Source of the DNA: Bacilli bacterium
GTDB lineage: Bacteria > Bacillota_I > Bacilli_A > RF39 > UBA660
DNA length: 64,000 nucleotides
Direction of reading: 5' to 3'
Assembly (NCBI GenBank): GCA_017460175.1
Contig: JAFUBO010000003.1
Location: forward strand, 17,150 to 81,149
Shown here: piece after piece, positions 1-9,540 of the stretch
Numbering within the stretch: position 1 is the stretch's first letter
Layout: every line of letters begins with the position of its first letter
Notes under the pieces: generated by a model
What the model was told of the DNA's origin: nothing
What the model saw: the letters and a program-made list of their open reading frames with translations, nothing else
Database searches by the model: none
Made by a program: the position numbers and the translations under genes

Positions 1-70
1 TTATGTTGTATCTACTAATAGTGAAGACTTTATTTATGATATCAGTGTAAGGGTAAAATAGGAGAGTTGT

Positions 71-664
71 ATGAAAAAAGAAAAAAGTGGTAATGGTTTT
101 TTTGTAGTGATGCTTATAATTTGTGCTGTTTTAATAACACTTATAGTATTTGGTTTCATAGTTTTTATTAACCGTGAAGAAGAAGTTATTGAAAAAGAAG
201 AAAATGGCGCAAGTATTGTGTTAAATTATACTAGTAATATTAGTGGATTAAGAATAAAGGAAGCAACTCCAACGACAGATGAAGTTGGGGAAAAAAATTT
301 AAATGAGGAAGAATATTTTGATTTTTCAGTAGAAGTTTCATTGGATAATGCTTCTGCAGTTGAATATGAAATATCTTTAGTAAAAAATCAAGTAAATTCA
401 AATATTTCAAATGATGATATAAAAATATATTTAGAAAAAGAAAAAAGTGGAACTTATACAAAAGTATTTGGACCAGATAAGTTTACTCCATTAAAGAAAA
501 ATACAAAATTAGGTAGTAAAAAAGGTAGTATGAGTTTATTAAGTGTACGAAAAACAAATTCTACAGCAGATAATTATAGACTTAGAGTATGGTTATCAGA
601 TAAATCAACTTTAGATAAAGGTGATTATGAAGTAGATGTAGAAGTAAATGGTATTGCTAAGTAA
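71..664 (+). CDS. hypothetical membrane-anchored protein (N-terminal TM helix, Lys/Glu-rich extracytoplasmic part)
   Basis: Complete ORF preceded by RBS-like 'aggagag'. N-terminal hydrophobic segment FFVVMLIICAVLITLIVFGFIVF. No recognisable catalytic motif. Confidence 0.4.
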   Translation: MKKEKSGNGFFVVMLIICAVLITLIVFGFIVFINREEEVIEKEENGASIVLNYTSNISGLRIKEATPTTDEVGEKNLNEEEYFDFSVEVSLDNASAVEYEISLVKNQVNSNISNDDIKIYLEKEKSGTYTKVFGPDKFTPLKKNTKLGSKKGSMSLLSVRKTNSTADNYRLRVWLSDKSTLDKGDYEVDVEVNGIAK

Positions 665-746
665 TGTCAAATTACTTCTTTTTTTTTTCTAAATTATAGT
701 TTTTTTATTATCTAAGTATTATAATGAATTATAGTAGGAGATAATT

Positions 747-1352
747 ATGAAGAATAAAACAAGTAAAAAGAAAACTTCTAAATTCAAATATTTAGTTTAT
801 TTTATATTTCGTTCTTTTTTAATAGCAGTGTTATGTTTATTATTAACATTTGGTTTTGTTTTGCTTGTTTATTTAGGAGATTTACTAATTAATAACAGAT
901 CTAGTGTTAAGATGCCGTTATTTAGTACATATATTATTGTATCTCCTAGTATGGTTCCAACAATAAAAGTAAACGATGCTATTGTTATTAAAAGAATAGA
1001 TAATGATAATTATAAAGTTGGTGATATAGTTACTTTTTTGTCAAAAGAAGGTAAGTATAAGGGTTCAACGATAACTCATAGAATAATAGACAAACAAAAA
1101 TTAAATAAAAAAGAATCTGTATATACTACAAAAGGTGATAATAATAGAGTAATAGATCCTGTTAGTGTAACTACTGATTCTATTTATGGAAAAGTGTTAT
1201 TTAAAATACCAAAAGTTGGTTATATTAGTACTTTCTTTTCTAAACCAATTAACTATTTTTTATGTTTATTAATACCTTCAACAATATTTCTTTTTTATGA
1301 TATAACTAGAATTTTTAAAGAGATGAATAAAAAGAAAAGAAATTCATATTAA
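747..1352 (+). CDS. sipW: signal peptidase I, SipW/archaeal-eukaryal (S26B) type
   Basis: N-terminal TM segment. Motif 'VSPSMVPTI' (S26 catalytic Ser box), conserved His in 'ITHRII', 'TKGDNN' box, and a C-terminal TM segment. Length 201 aa is typical for SipW. Confidence 0.6.
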   Translation: MKNKTSKKKTSKFKYLVYFIFRSFLIAVLCLLLTFGFVLLVYLGDLLINNRSSVKMPLFSTYIIVSPSMVPTIKVNDAIVIKRIDNDNYKVGDIVTFLSKEGKYKGSTITHRIIDKQKLNKKESVYTTKGDNNRVIDPVSVTTDSIYGKVLFKIPKVGYISTFFSKPINYFLCLLIPSTIFLFYDITRIFKEMNKKKRNSY

Positions 1353-1403
1353 TTCTTTCTTTTTTTATATTAATAATTTATAATATGACTTGTTGGTGAT
1401 AAT

Positions 1404-2204
1404 ATGGAAAAATATGATGTTAAATTTAAAAAGAAATTTGGACAAAATTTTTTGAAAGATATTAATATAGTTAAGAGAATTGTAGATGTAAGTGGTGTAA
1501 GTAATGATTCTTTGGTTATTGAAGTAGGTCCAGGAGGAGCTATAATGACTAAAGAATTAGCAATGCGAGCTAAAAATGTGTTAGCTTATGAAATAGATGA
1601 TGATTTATTAGATGAATTATCTAAAAAATTAGAAGGATTTGATAATGTAGATATATTATTTCAGGATTTTTTATTAGCAAATCTTGAAGAAGATGTTAAA
1701 AATTATAATTATAATTCATTATATTTTACAAGTAATGTTCCATATTATATTACGACACCAATATTATTAAAAATAATTTCATCAGGATTAAAGTTTAATA
1801 AAGTAGTAATGATGGTCCAAAAAGAAGTAGGTGATAGATTTACTACAAAACCTGGAAATAGAGAATATGGTTCAATTACTGTCTTATTAAATTATTTTTA
1901 TAATGTAAAAAAAGAGTTTTATGTTTCAAAAAAACAGTTTATTCCTGAACCTAATGTAGATAGTGTAGTAGTGTCATTTACTGAAAAGGAAGATAAATTA
2001 GAATTAAAAGATTTTAATTTTTTTGAAAAGATACTACGAGATAGTTTTCAATTTAAAAGAAAAAACATAAAAAACAATTTAAAAAATTATGATTTAAAAA
2101 TAGTGGAAGATATTTTAAATAAACATGGATTTGATTTAAATTCTAGGGCAGAAATGCTTGGAGTAGAGGTGTTTGTTGATCTTGCTAATTCATTAATAAA
2201 ATAG
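1404..2204 (+). CDS. rsmA: 16S rRNA (adenine1518/1519-N6)-dimethyltransferase KsgA/RsmA
   Basis: 'FGQNFLKD' N-terminal motif, 'IEVGPGGA' SAM-binding motif, 'NVPYYITTPIL' motif. Collinear with B. subtilis KsgA, and sits in the ksgA-yabG-veg context. Confidence 0.8.
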   Translation: MEKYDVKFKKKFGQNFLKDINIVKRIVDVSGVSNDSLVIEVGPGGAIMTKELAMRAKNVLAYEIDDDLLDELSKKLEGFDNVDILFQDFLLANLEEDVKNYNYNSLYFTSNVPYYITTPILLKIISSGLKFNKVVMMVQKEVGDRFTTKPGNREYGSITVLLNYFYNVKKEFYVSKKQFIPEPNVDSVVVSFTEKEDKLELKDFNFFEKILRDSFQFKRKNIKNNLKNYDLKIVEDILNKHGFDLNSRAEMLGVEVFVDLANSLIK

Positions 2205-2252
2205 TTTAGTCTATTTTATTTTTTTTTGCATATTATTTACTGGTGATGAAAT

Positions 2253-3029
2253 ATTTTTAAAATAGGAGATTTTGTAACTAGAAATTCACATAATAATGAT
2301 ATAGTTTTTAAAATTGTAGCTATTAATAATAATATAGTTTTATTACAAGGACTTAATGTTAGATTATCGGCAGATGCTCAAATAAGTGATTTAGTTATAG
2401 CTAAAGAAGAAAAAGAAGATGACAAAGATATAATAGAAAGAAATATAAAAGATATAGATTTTGATCGTAGTAATTATTTTTATTTACCTGGTAAAGTTCT
2501 TCATATAGATGGTGATGAAGATTATTTAGATCGTTGTATGAATTTTTATAAAAATATGAAAATAAAGGCAAATGGTTTATGTTTGAATGAAGATGAAATT
2601 GCATCTAAAATAAGTGATTTAATAAAAGAATATAGGCCTGATATTATAGTTATCACGGGACATGATGCATATTATTCTAAAAAAAATGATATAAATGATA
2701 TTAATAATTATCAGAATACTATTAATTTTGTAAAAGCGATAAAAGAAGCTAGAAAATATGAAAAAAATCAGGATAAATTAATAATAATTGCGGGAGCTTG
2801 TCAATCTAATTATGAAGAATTAATTAAAGCAGGAGCTAATTTTGCGTCTAGTCCAAAAAGAATTAATATTCATGCATTAGATCCTGCTATAATAGCGTCA
2901 TCAATTGCTTTGTCATTAAAAAATCAAAATATTGATTTAATAAAATTAATTGAAAAAACTAAGTATGGTAGTGATGGAATTGGTGGAATTATTACGAATG
3001 GTACTATGTATGTGGGGTATCCAAGATGA
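2253..3029 (+). CDS. yabG: sporulation-specific protease YabG (full-length homology; no canonical start codon; ATG-initiated ORF begins only at 2538)
   Basis: C-terminal half has YabG signature 'IVITGHDAY', 'IIAGACQS', 'LIKAGANFASSPKRINIHALDP'. In-frame upstream translation 'NIFKIGDFVTRNSH...YFYLPGKVLHIDGDEDYL' matches the YabG N-terminus (B. subtilis 'QFQIGDMVARKSY...HMPGKVLHLDGDEAYL'). The frame is open from 2250 after a TGA at 2247, with ATT at 2253. Confidence 0.55.
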   Translation: MFKIGDFVTRNSHNNDIVFKIVAINNNIVLLQGLNVRLSADAQISDLVIAKEEKEDDKDIIERNIKDIDFDRSNYFYLPGKVLHIDGDEDYLDRCMNFYKNMKIKANGLCLNEDEIASKISDLIKEYRPDIIVITGHDAYYSKKNDINDINNYQNTINFVKAIKEARKYEKNQDKLIIIAGACQSNYEELIKAGANFASSPKRINIHALDPAIIASSIALSLKNQNIDLIKLIEKTKYGSDGIGGIITNGTMYVGYPR

Positions 3030-3238
3030 ATTTAGATTATGCAAAAAATAAGGTGATGGAACAAATTGGAGTTAATCATAAATTTATGTATAAGGGATGT
3101 AGAAATCAAACAGATGAATTTGAAGGTAAGGTAATTAAATGTTTCCCATCTATATTTTTAATTCAAACTGATAATAATATTATAAAATCTTTTACATATA
3201 GTGATTTTATAATAAAAAACATTCGAATATTATCATAA
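3026..3238 (+). CDS. veg: Veg (biofilm/sporulation-associated small protein)
   Basis: 70 aa. 'CFPSIFLIQTDNN...SFTYSDFI' aligns with B. subtilis Veg '...TYPSVFVIQLDQDEN..SFERVSYSYADIL'. Position after yabG matches the conserved order. Confidence 0.6.
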   Translation: MNLDYAKNKVMEQIGVNHKFMYKGCRNQTDEFEGKVIKCFPSIFLIQTDNNIIKSFTYSDFIIKNIRILS

Positions 3239-3320
3239 ATAATTATATTGCTTTTTCTTTTATATTATTATAAAATATAGTTATAAAGTGATTTATGCTT
3301 TAAGAGGGAGGAGTATTCTT

Positions 3321-3599
3321 ATGAAGATTACATCAGTTAATGTACGTAAAATTGAAAAGGAAGGTTCTCGTATGAAGGGAATTGCATCTATTTTATTAGA
3401 TGATAGTTTTGCAGTACATGATATTAGAATTATAGAAGGAGACAACGGTCTATTTATAGCAATGCCTAGCCGAAAGACAGCTACAGGTGGATATCGTGAT
3501 ATTGCTCATCCAATTAATCCAGAAGTACGTGCAATGTTTGAAGAAGCAATTTTAAAAGCTTACGATGAAGCTGAAGACGTAAAATCTGAAGAAGAGTAA
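3321..3599 (+). CDS. spoVG: septation/sporulation regulator SpoVG
   Basis: 'MKITSVNVRKIEKEGSRMKGIASILLDDSFAVHDIRIIEGDNGLFIAMPSRKTATGGYRDIAHPIN' is near-identical in pattern to SpoVG. RBS 'gggagg' lies 8 nt upstream of ATG 3321; the longer ORF from 3288 lacks an RBS. Confidence 0.85.
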   Translation: MKITSVNVRKIEKEGSRMKGIASILLDDSFAVHDIRIIEGDNGLFIAMPSRKTATGGYRDIAHPINPEVRAMFEEAILKAYDEAEDVKSEEE

Positions 3600-3632
3600 T
3601 TAAAATTAAAGAAGCTTATGCTTCTTTTTTTT
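3600..3632 (+). terminator. intrinsic terminator after spoVG
   Basis: Hairpin 'aagaagc-ttat-gcttctt' followed by a T8 tract. Confidence 0.55.
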
Positions 3633-3677
3633 GTTCTATATTTTTTTATTATGCATATTATTTATTAGGAGGATAAT

Positions 3678-3971
3678 ATGGATAAAGATAACAATAATAT
3701 AAGTAGTTATAATCATAGTATTAATTTATTAGAAAGAAAGACATTAGTTATTACAGGAGTTAAAAAAATAGATAATTTTGATAATAATCATTTTCTATTA
3801 GATACAAGTATGGGGTATATGATAATAAAAGGAGAAAATTTGGAGTTAATAAAGTTAGATACTTTAGCTGGACATGTTACTATTAAAGGTACTATTAATT
3901 CTATTGAATATATTTTAGAAAATAATAAAAAAAATAAAGAAGATAGTGTTTTCAGTAGGTTATTTAAATAA
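3678..3971 (+). CDS. yabP: sporulation protein YabP
   Basis: 97 aa. 'KTLVITGVKKIDNFDNNHFLLDTSMGYMIIKGENLEL..LD...G.V.I.G' matches the YabP family pattern. Followed by yabQ and divIC as in Bacilli/Clostridia. Confidence 0.6.
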   Translation: MDKDNNNISSYNHSINLLERKTLVITGVKKIDNFDNNHFLLDTSMGYMIIKGENLELIKLDTLAGHVTIKGTINSIEYILENNKKNKEDSVFSRLFK

Positions 3972-4240
3972 TGGATTTAAAAATTCAAATTATTAGTTTA
4001 TTATTTTCTTTCTTATATGGTATTTTTCTTTTTATATTATTTAGAATTCAATATAAGTGTTTTGTATTAAAAAAAGAAAAATGGAAAATAATATTTAATG
4101 GAATTTATTGTATAGTGTTTTCTCTTCTTTATTTTTTTCTATTATTATTTATAAATGATGGTACATTACATTTTTATTTTTTATTGTTAATATCTTTTGG
4201 ATTTTTATTAACACATCATTTGTCGAAAAAAATAGTGTAA
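3971..4240 (+). CDS. yabQ: spore cortex biosynthesis membrane protein YabQ-like
   Basis: 89-aa polytopic hydrophobic protein translationally coupled to yabP (ATGA overlap). Position conserved. Confidence 0.45.
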   Translation: MDLKIQIISLLFSFLYGIFLFILFRIQYKCFVLKKEKWKIIFNGIYCIVFSLLYFFLLLFINDGTLHFYFLLLISFGFLLTHHLSKKIV

Positions 4241-4312
4241 ACTCTTTGTAAATTCTTTTTATTTTACATCATCTACTATAATTATGTAGTATAATATAAG
4301 TTGAATAGGTAG

Positions 4313-4621
4313 GTGAATGGGATGGCTAAAAGTATTAGTAGAAAAAAAGCTAAGAGAAGAATGCTTTTATTAGGATTTTCTTCTATTTTAATTATTTTTG
4401 TTATGACATTCACTATAGGTAAATATTGGATAGAAATCTATGAAAAGTATCAAGAAAAGAAAGAATTAGAGAAGGAATTAACTAGCTTAAAAGAAAAAGA
4501 AGAAGAATTAAAGGTAGATGCAAATAAATTGCAAAATCCTGATTATATCGCGAGATATGCAAGAGAAAAGTATTTATATTCAAAAGATGGTGAATTTATT
4601 TTACAAATTCCTGAAGAATAG
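4313..4621 (+). CDS. divIC: septum formation initiator DivIC/FtsB family
   Basis: Short basic cytoplasmic tail, single TM, then coiled-coil 'KKELEKELTSLKEKEEELKVDANKLQNPDYIARYAREKYLY', which is the DivIC/FtsL_B signature. Confidence 0.55.
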   Translation: MNGMAKSISRKKAKRRMLLLGFSSILIIFVMTFTIGKYWIEIYEKYQEKKELEKELTSLKEKEEELKVDANKLQNPDYIARYAREKYLYSKDGEFILQIPEE

Positions 4622-4675
4622 ATAACTATTTTTCTTTTTTTCTGTTATAATATTAGTTGTTTCTGTGGAGGAATT

Positions 4676-5998
4676 ATGATTAATATTGAAAAAAACTTTA
4701 AATTTAATATGAATGACAGAATAGTTATAGGATGTTCTTGCGGACCTGATTCTATGGCTCTTTTAGATATGTTATTAAAAATAAGAAATAAATATAATTT
4801 AGATATTATAGTTGCTCATGTTAATCATAATGTTAGAAAAGAAAGTTATGAAGAAGCAGAGTTCTTAAAAAAATATTGTGATGAAAAATCTTTAATATTT
4901 GAATCAATGATAATAGAAAATTATGGTGATGATAATTTTCATAATGAAGCTAGAAATATTAGATATAATTTTTTTGAAGATATAGTTCATAAATATGATG
5001 CGAAATATTTAATGACAGCACATCATGGTGATGATTTGATTGAGACAATTTTAATGAGAATAGTCAGAGGATCAAATTTAAATGGTTATAGTGGTTTTAA
5101 GACTGTAGTTGATATGGATGGATATTATATAGTTAGACCATTAATTTATTATACTAAAGCTGAATTAGAAGAATATGATAAGGAAAACAATGTTAAATAT
5201 TATATTGATAGTTCTAATCTTAAAGATAAATATACTAGAAATAGATATCGTAAATATATACTTCCTTTTTTGAAAGAAGAAGAAAAAGATGTACATTTAA
5301 AATTTTATAAATTTAGTAATACATTATTAGAAGCTAGTAAATTTATTGATAAGGCTAGAAATGAAGCATTAAATAGGGTAGTTCAAAATGATAAAATATT
5401 GGTGGATAAATTTTTATTAGAAGATTCTTATATTCAAAGAGATATTTTATATTATTTATTGAGTGAGTTTTATCAAGATGATTTAATATTACTTAATGAT
5501 AAACATATAGATATAATCTTAAACTTAATTAATAGTGATAGAGCTAATAGTTATATTAATTTACCTAATGAAGTAATCGCTAGAAAAAATTATAATAATT
5601 TTGAGTTTATTAAAGAAGTGAATGAAATTTCTAATTATGAAATTGAATTTGATAAGATAGCATTACTTCCAAATAATCATAAAATAGAAATGATTAATGA
5701 TACAGATGATAATAGTAATAATATATGTAGATTAAATAGTAATGAAATTACATTGCCATTAATAGTACGTACTAGAAAAATAGGTGATAAAATAGCTGTT
5801 AAAGGATTAAATGGTACTAAAAAAGTAAAAGATATATTTATAGATAAGAAGATATCATTAGCTAATAGAGATATTTGGCCAATAGTGGTAGATTCCTTAG
5901 GAAAAGTTGTTTGGATACCAGGAATTAAAAAATCAAAGTTTGACAAAAAGAAAATAGATAGTTATGATATAATATTGAAGTACAGTGAGGAGGAATAA
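4676..5998 (+). CDS. tilS: tRNA(Ile)-lysidine synthetase TilS
   Basis: PP-loop 'IVIGCSCGPDSMALL'. 440 aa, upstream of ftsH as in Firmicutes. Confidence 0.8.
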   Translation: MINIEKNFKFNMNDRIVIGCSCGPDSMALLDMLLKIRNKYNLDIIVAHVNHNVRKESYEEAEFLKKYCDEKSLIFESMIIENYGDDNFHNEARNIRYNFFEDIVHKYDAKYLMTAHHGDDLIETILMRIVRGSNLNGYSGFKTVVDMDGYYIVRPLIYYTKAELEEYDKENNVKYYIDSSNLKDKYTRNRYRKYILPFLKEEEKDVHLKFYKFSNTLLEASKFIDKARNEALNRVVQNDKILVDKFLLEDSYIQRDILYYLLSEFYQDDLILLNDKHIDIILNLINSDRANSYINLPNEVIARKNYNNFEFIKEVNEISNYEIEFDKIALLPNNHKIEMINDTDDNSNNICRLNSNEITLPLIVRTRKIGDKIAVKGLNGTKKVKDIFIDKKISLANRDIWPIVVDSLGKVVWIPGIKKSKFDKKKIDSYDIILKYSEEE

Positions 5999-5999
5999 T

Positions 6000-7976
6000 A
6001 TGAATAACAAGTTAGATAAAAAGACTGTAAAAAAAGGTATATTACCATATTTATTTCTAGGAATTATAATTCTTGGAGTATTTTATGTTTTTAATGTTTT
6101 AAATAAAGATGTACATAAGTTCACATATGATGAATTTATTGAAAAATTAGATAATGGAAAAATTAAAGAAGTTCTTATAGTACCTAGAGGTGGAGGATAT
6201 GTATATGATATTGTTGGTACATTAGAAGGATATAAGAAAAATGAAAGCTTTGAAGCAACTTTACCACTTTCTGAAGAAGTAATGAAAAAAATAGTTACAG
6301 CAAGTGATGAACAAAGTTTTAAAGTTAAAGTTAAACCTGATCCTGATGCTTCTAGTTTATTACTAATAGTTGCTAATGTATTGCCTTTTGTAATATTTAT
6401 TGGTGTAGCTTTTTGGTTCTTTAGTAAACAAATGGCTGGCAATAAGAGTAGTTTAGATTTTGGTAAGAGTAGAGCTAAATTAAATAGTGATAAAAATAAG
6501 ATTACATTTAAGGATGTAGCGGGATTAAAAGAAGAAAAAGAAGAAGTTAAAGAGTTAATTGATTTCTTAAAAAATCCTAAAAAATTTCAAAAACTAGGAG
6601 CTAGAATTCCTAAAGGGGTTTTATTAATGGGGCCTCCTGGTACAGGTAAAACATTACTTGCTAAGGCTGTTGCTGGTGAAGCTAATGTTCCATTCTATTT
6701 TATAAGTGGATCTGACTTTGTAGAATTATTTGTAGGAGTTGGTGCAAGTAGAGTTAGAGATATGTTTCAACAAGCTAAGAGAAATGCACCATGTTTAATA
6801 TTTATTGATGAAATAGATGCAGTAGGAAGACAACGTGGTACTGGTTTAGGTGGAGGACATGATGAAAGAGAACAAACTTTAAATCAATTACTTACTGAAA
6901 TGGATGGTTTTGGAGAAAATGAAGGAATAATTATTATTGCCGCTACAAATAGACCTGATGTATTAGATCCAGCATTATTAAGACCAGGAAGATTTGATAG
7001 ACAAGTAACAGTAAATTTACCTGATGTTAGAGGTCGTGAAGAAATTCTTGCTGTACATGCTAAAAATAAGATTATTGCTGATGGTATTACATTAAAAAAT
7101 TTAGCTAAACGTACTCCAGGATTTAGCGGAGCTGATCTTGAAAATTTATTAAATGAAGCTGCACTTCTTGCAGTTCGTCGTGATAAGAATGAAATCACTA
7201 TGAGTGAAATAGATGAGGCTACAGATAGAGTGCTTATGGGACCTGCGAAAGTTAGTCATAAATACTCTGAAAATGATAGAAAATTAGTAGCTTATCATGA
7301 AGCTGGTCATGCTGTTATTGGATTAAAATTGAAAAATGCTAGTGATGTTCAAAAAGTTACTATTATTCCTCGTGGTTCTGCAGGTGGATATAATATGATG
7401 GTTCCTAGTGAAGAAAAATTATGTTCAACTAAAACTGATTTATTAGAAGAAATTACAGGACTTTTAGGTGGACGTACAGCTGAAGAAATTATTTTTGGAG
7501 AAATTACAACAGGTGCTCATAATGACTTTGAAAAAGCTACTAAAATAGCTCGTGCAATGGTTACTGAATATGGTATGAGTGATTTAGGACCTCTTCAATT
7601 TGAACAACAATCAGGTAGTGTATTCTTAGGACGTGATTATAATAAACCACAACATTTCTCAAATGAGGTGGCAAATGAAATTGATATGGAAATGAGAAAG
7701 ATAATTGATGAATGCCATAAAAAGGCTACTGATATTATTAAAAAGAATAAATCTTTATTAAAACTTATAGCAGATGCTTTGTTGGAATATGAAACATTAA
7801 CTAAAGAACAAATTGATTATTTAGTTGAAAATGGTAAAATGCCAGAAGAGGATGAAGAAAACTTAGAAAGTCTTTCTATTACTAAATTAAGAAAGATTGC
7901 TTCAGAAAAAGGTATTAAAGATATAGATAAGAAGAATAAAGCAGAATTATTAAAAGAGTTAGATAAAACAATCTAA
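6000..7976 (+). CDS. ftsH: ATP-dependent zinc metalloprotease FtsH
   Basis: Two N-terminal TMs, Walker A 'GPPGTGKT', SRH '[20 protein letters not shown]', and HEXXH 'HEAGHAV'. ATG 6000 is preceded by 'gaggagg'; the ORF from 5985 contains that RBS. Confidence 0.9.
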   Translation: MNNKLDKKTVKKGILPYLFLGIIILGVFYVFNVLNKDVHKFTYDEFIEKLDNGKIKEVLIVPRGGGYVYDIVGTLEGYKKNESFEATLPLSEEVMKKIVTASDEQSFKVKVKPDPDASSLLLIVANVLPFVIFIGVAFWFFSKQMAGNKSSLDFGKSRAKLNSDKNKITFKDVAGLKEEKEEVKELIDFLKNPKKFQKLGARIPKGVLLMGPPGTGKTLLAKAVAGEANVPFYFISGSDFVELFVGVGASRVRDMFQQAKRNAPCLIFIDEIDAVGRQRGTGLGGGHDEREQTLNQLLTEMDGFGENEGIIIIAATNRPDVLDPALLRPGRFDRQVTVNLPDVRGREEILAVHAKNKIIADGITLKNLAKRTPGFSGADLENLLNEAALLAVRRDKNEITMSEIDEATDRVLMGPAKVSHKYSENDRKLVAYHEAGHAVIGLKLKNASDVQKVTIIPRGSAGGYNMMVPSEEKLCSTKTDLLEEITGLLGGRTAEEIIFGEITTGAHNDFEKATKIARAMVTEYGMSDLGPLQFEQQSGSVFLGRDYNKPQHFSNEVANEIDMEMRKIIDECHKKATDIIKKNKSLLKLIADALLEYETLTKEQIDYLVENGKMPEEDEENLESLSITKLRKIASEKGIKDIDKKNKAELLKELDKTI

Positions 7977-8036
7977 TTCTTTTTTCTTGAAAAATTTTTA
8001 AAATATATTATAATATGTTTAAAAGGAGAGGAAAAT

Positions 8037-8465
8037 ATGGATAAAAAAGAGAAGTTAAATAAGATAAAAGGTAAAGGAAAAGGTTTTTTTGGAGAATTTA
8101 AAGATTTTATATTACGTGGTAATGTAATGGATATGGCTATCGGTGTTATTATTGGTGGTGCATTTCAAGGAATCGTTACAGCATTAACTGCTGATTTTAT
8201 TAATCCATTAATCAACGGTATTGGTGGTGCTGAAGTTGGTGGTACTTTCAAAATTTATGGTGGACAAGTAATAAAATATGGTGATTTTATAACTGCAGTT
8301 ATTAATTTCTTAATTATGGCATTAGTATTATTTATACTATTAAAGGTAGTAAATGGTATTATGAGTGCTGGTAAAAAGAAAACAGAAGAAACACCTGCAG
8401 TAGTTAAATCAGACGAAACAATCTTATTAGAAGAAATTAGAGATTTATTAAAAAAGAAAAAGTAA
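8037..8465 (+). CDS. mscL: large-conductance mechanosensitive channel MscL
   Basis: 'FKDFILRGNVMDMAIGVIIGGAFQGIV' is the MscL TM1 signature. 142 aa. Confidence 0.8.
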   Translation: MDKKEKLNKIKGKGKGFFGEFKDFILRGNVMDMAIGVIIGGAFQGIVTALTADFINPLINGIGGAEVGGTFKIYGGQVIKYGDFITAVINFLIMALVLFILLKVVNGIMSAGKKKTEETPAVVKSDETILLEEIRDLLKKKK

Positions 8466-8500
8466 TTGATAAAAATGATTCTTATGAATCTTTTTTTATT
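8466..8500 (+). terminator. intrinsic terminator after mscL
   Basis: Hairpin 'gattc-ttat-gaatc' followed by a T-tract. Confidence 0.4.
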
Positions 8501-8553
8501 GTTTTAATTTATTTTTTATTATATAATATGCATGTTAAAGAAAAGGGATTATT

Positions 8554-9540
8554 ATGGAATGGAATATAGGAAATGTTAAAATTAAGAATCAGGTTGTCTT
8601 AGCTCCTATGGCGGGAGTGTGTAATTCGGCATATAGAAGAATATGTAAGGAAATGGGTTGTGGATTAATTTATGCTGAAATGGTTAGTGATAAAGCAATA
8701 ACTTTCAATAATAAAAAAACTATTGATATGCTTTATATGACTGAGGAAGAAAGACCACTTACACAACAAATATTTGGTAGTGATAAAGATTCTTTTGTAG
8801 AAGCTGCTAAATATATTTATTCCAATATGAAACCAGATATTATAGATATAAACATGGGGTGTCCTGTTCCTAAGGTAGCAGTAAGGGCGCAAGCTGGTAG
8901 TGCTTTACTTAAGGATGTTGATAAAATATATGATATTGTAAAAGCAGTTGTAGAAGCTGTTCCTATTCCTGTTACAGTTAAAATAAGAAGTGGTTGGGAT
9001 AATAAACATATTAATGCAGTAGAAGTTGCAAAAGTAATAGAAAAAGCTGGAGCTAGTGCAATATGCGTTCATCCTAGAACTAGAAGTCAAGGATATAGTG
9101 GTAAGGCAGATTGGAATATAATAAAAGAAGTAAAAGAAAATGTTTCAATTCCTGTTATTGGTAATGGTGATGTTAAAACTCCAATGGATGCTAAACGTAT
9201 GCTTGATGAAACTGGGTGTGATGCAGTTATGATAGGTCGAGGTGTTTTAGGTAATCCATGGCTTATTAAAAATACTATTAATTATTTAGAAGGAAAAGAA
9301 TTGATGGATGTTAGTGTTGAAGATAAAATCGATATGTGTCTAAAACATTTAAAATATTTAGAAGAATTAAAAAATGAAAAATTAGCTTGTTTAGAAATAA
9401 GAAATCATATAGGTTGGTATTTAAAAGGTATCAAATGTGCTAATGAATTAAAAAATAAGGTATATAAAACTACTAATATTCATGATATAATTTGTATGTT
9501 GAAGGAATTTAAGGAGGAAAAGTTATGGCTAAAGAACTAA
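8554..9540 (+). CDS. dusB: tRNA-dihydrouridine synthase (DusB-like)
   Basis: 'VVLAPMAGVCNSAYRRICKEMGCGLIYAEMVS' is the Dus FMN-binding N-terminus. Upstream of lysS as in B. subtilis. Confidence 0.8.
   Translation: MEWNIGNVKIKNQVVLAPMAGVCNSAYRRICKEMGCGLIYAEMVSDKAITFNNKKTIDMLYMTEEERPLTQQIFGSDKDSFVEAAKYIYSNMKPDIIDINMGCPVPKVAVRAQAGSALLKDVDKIYDIVKAVVEAVPIPVTVKIRSGWDNKHINAVEVAKVIEKAGASAICVHPRTRSQGYSGKADWNIIKEVKENVSIPVIGNGDVKTPMDAKRMLDETGCDAVMIGRGVLGNPWLIKNTINYLEGKELMDVSVEDKIDMCLKHLKYLEELKNEKLACLEIRNHIGWYLKGIKCANELKNKVYKTTNIHDIICMLKEFKEEKLWLKN

Noticed and set aside
240-461. Short minus-strand ORFs nested in plus-strand genes (240-461, 2401-2604, 5677-5946, 6083-6442, 6884-7198, 8665-8892, 8905-9090, 16518-16709, 20529-20753, 30399-30602, 31560-31889, 34646-35076 region, 35529-35717, 35909-36244, 38090-38287, 41895-42257, 57219-57491, 59099-59284, 61737-61934, 63104-63331)
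   Set aside because: They lie entirely within well-supported conserved genes on the opposite strand, have low-complexity or stop-poor AT-rich composition, and have no RBS. They are typical antisense artefacts of AT-rich DNA.
2538-3029. ATG-initiated 163-aa ORF offered as the yabG gene
   Set aside because: It covers only the C-terminal catalytic half. The in-frame upstream sequence is clearly homologous to the YabG N-terminus, so the gene is called from about 2253 with a non-canonical start instead.
3288-3599. Longer SpoVG ORF starting at 3288
   Set aside because: It has no RBS. ATG 3321 has 'gggagg' 8 nt upstream and yields the canonical SpoVG N-terminus 'MKITSVNV'.
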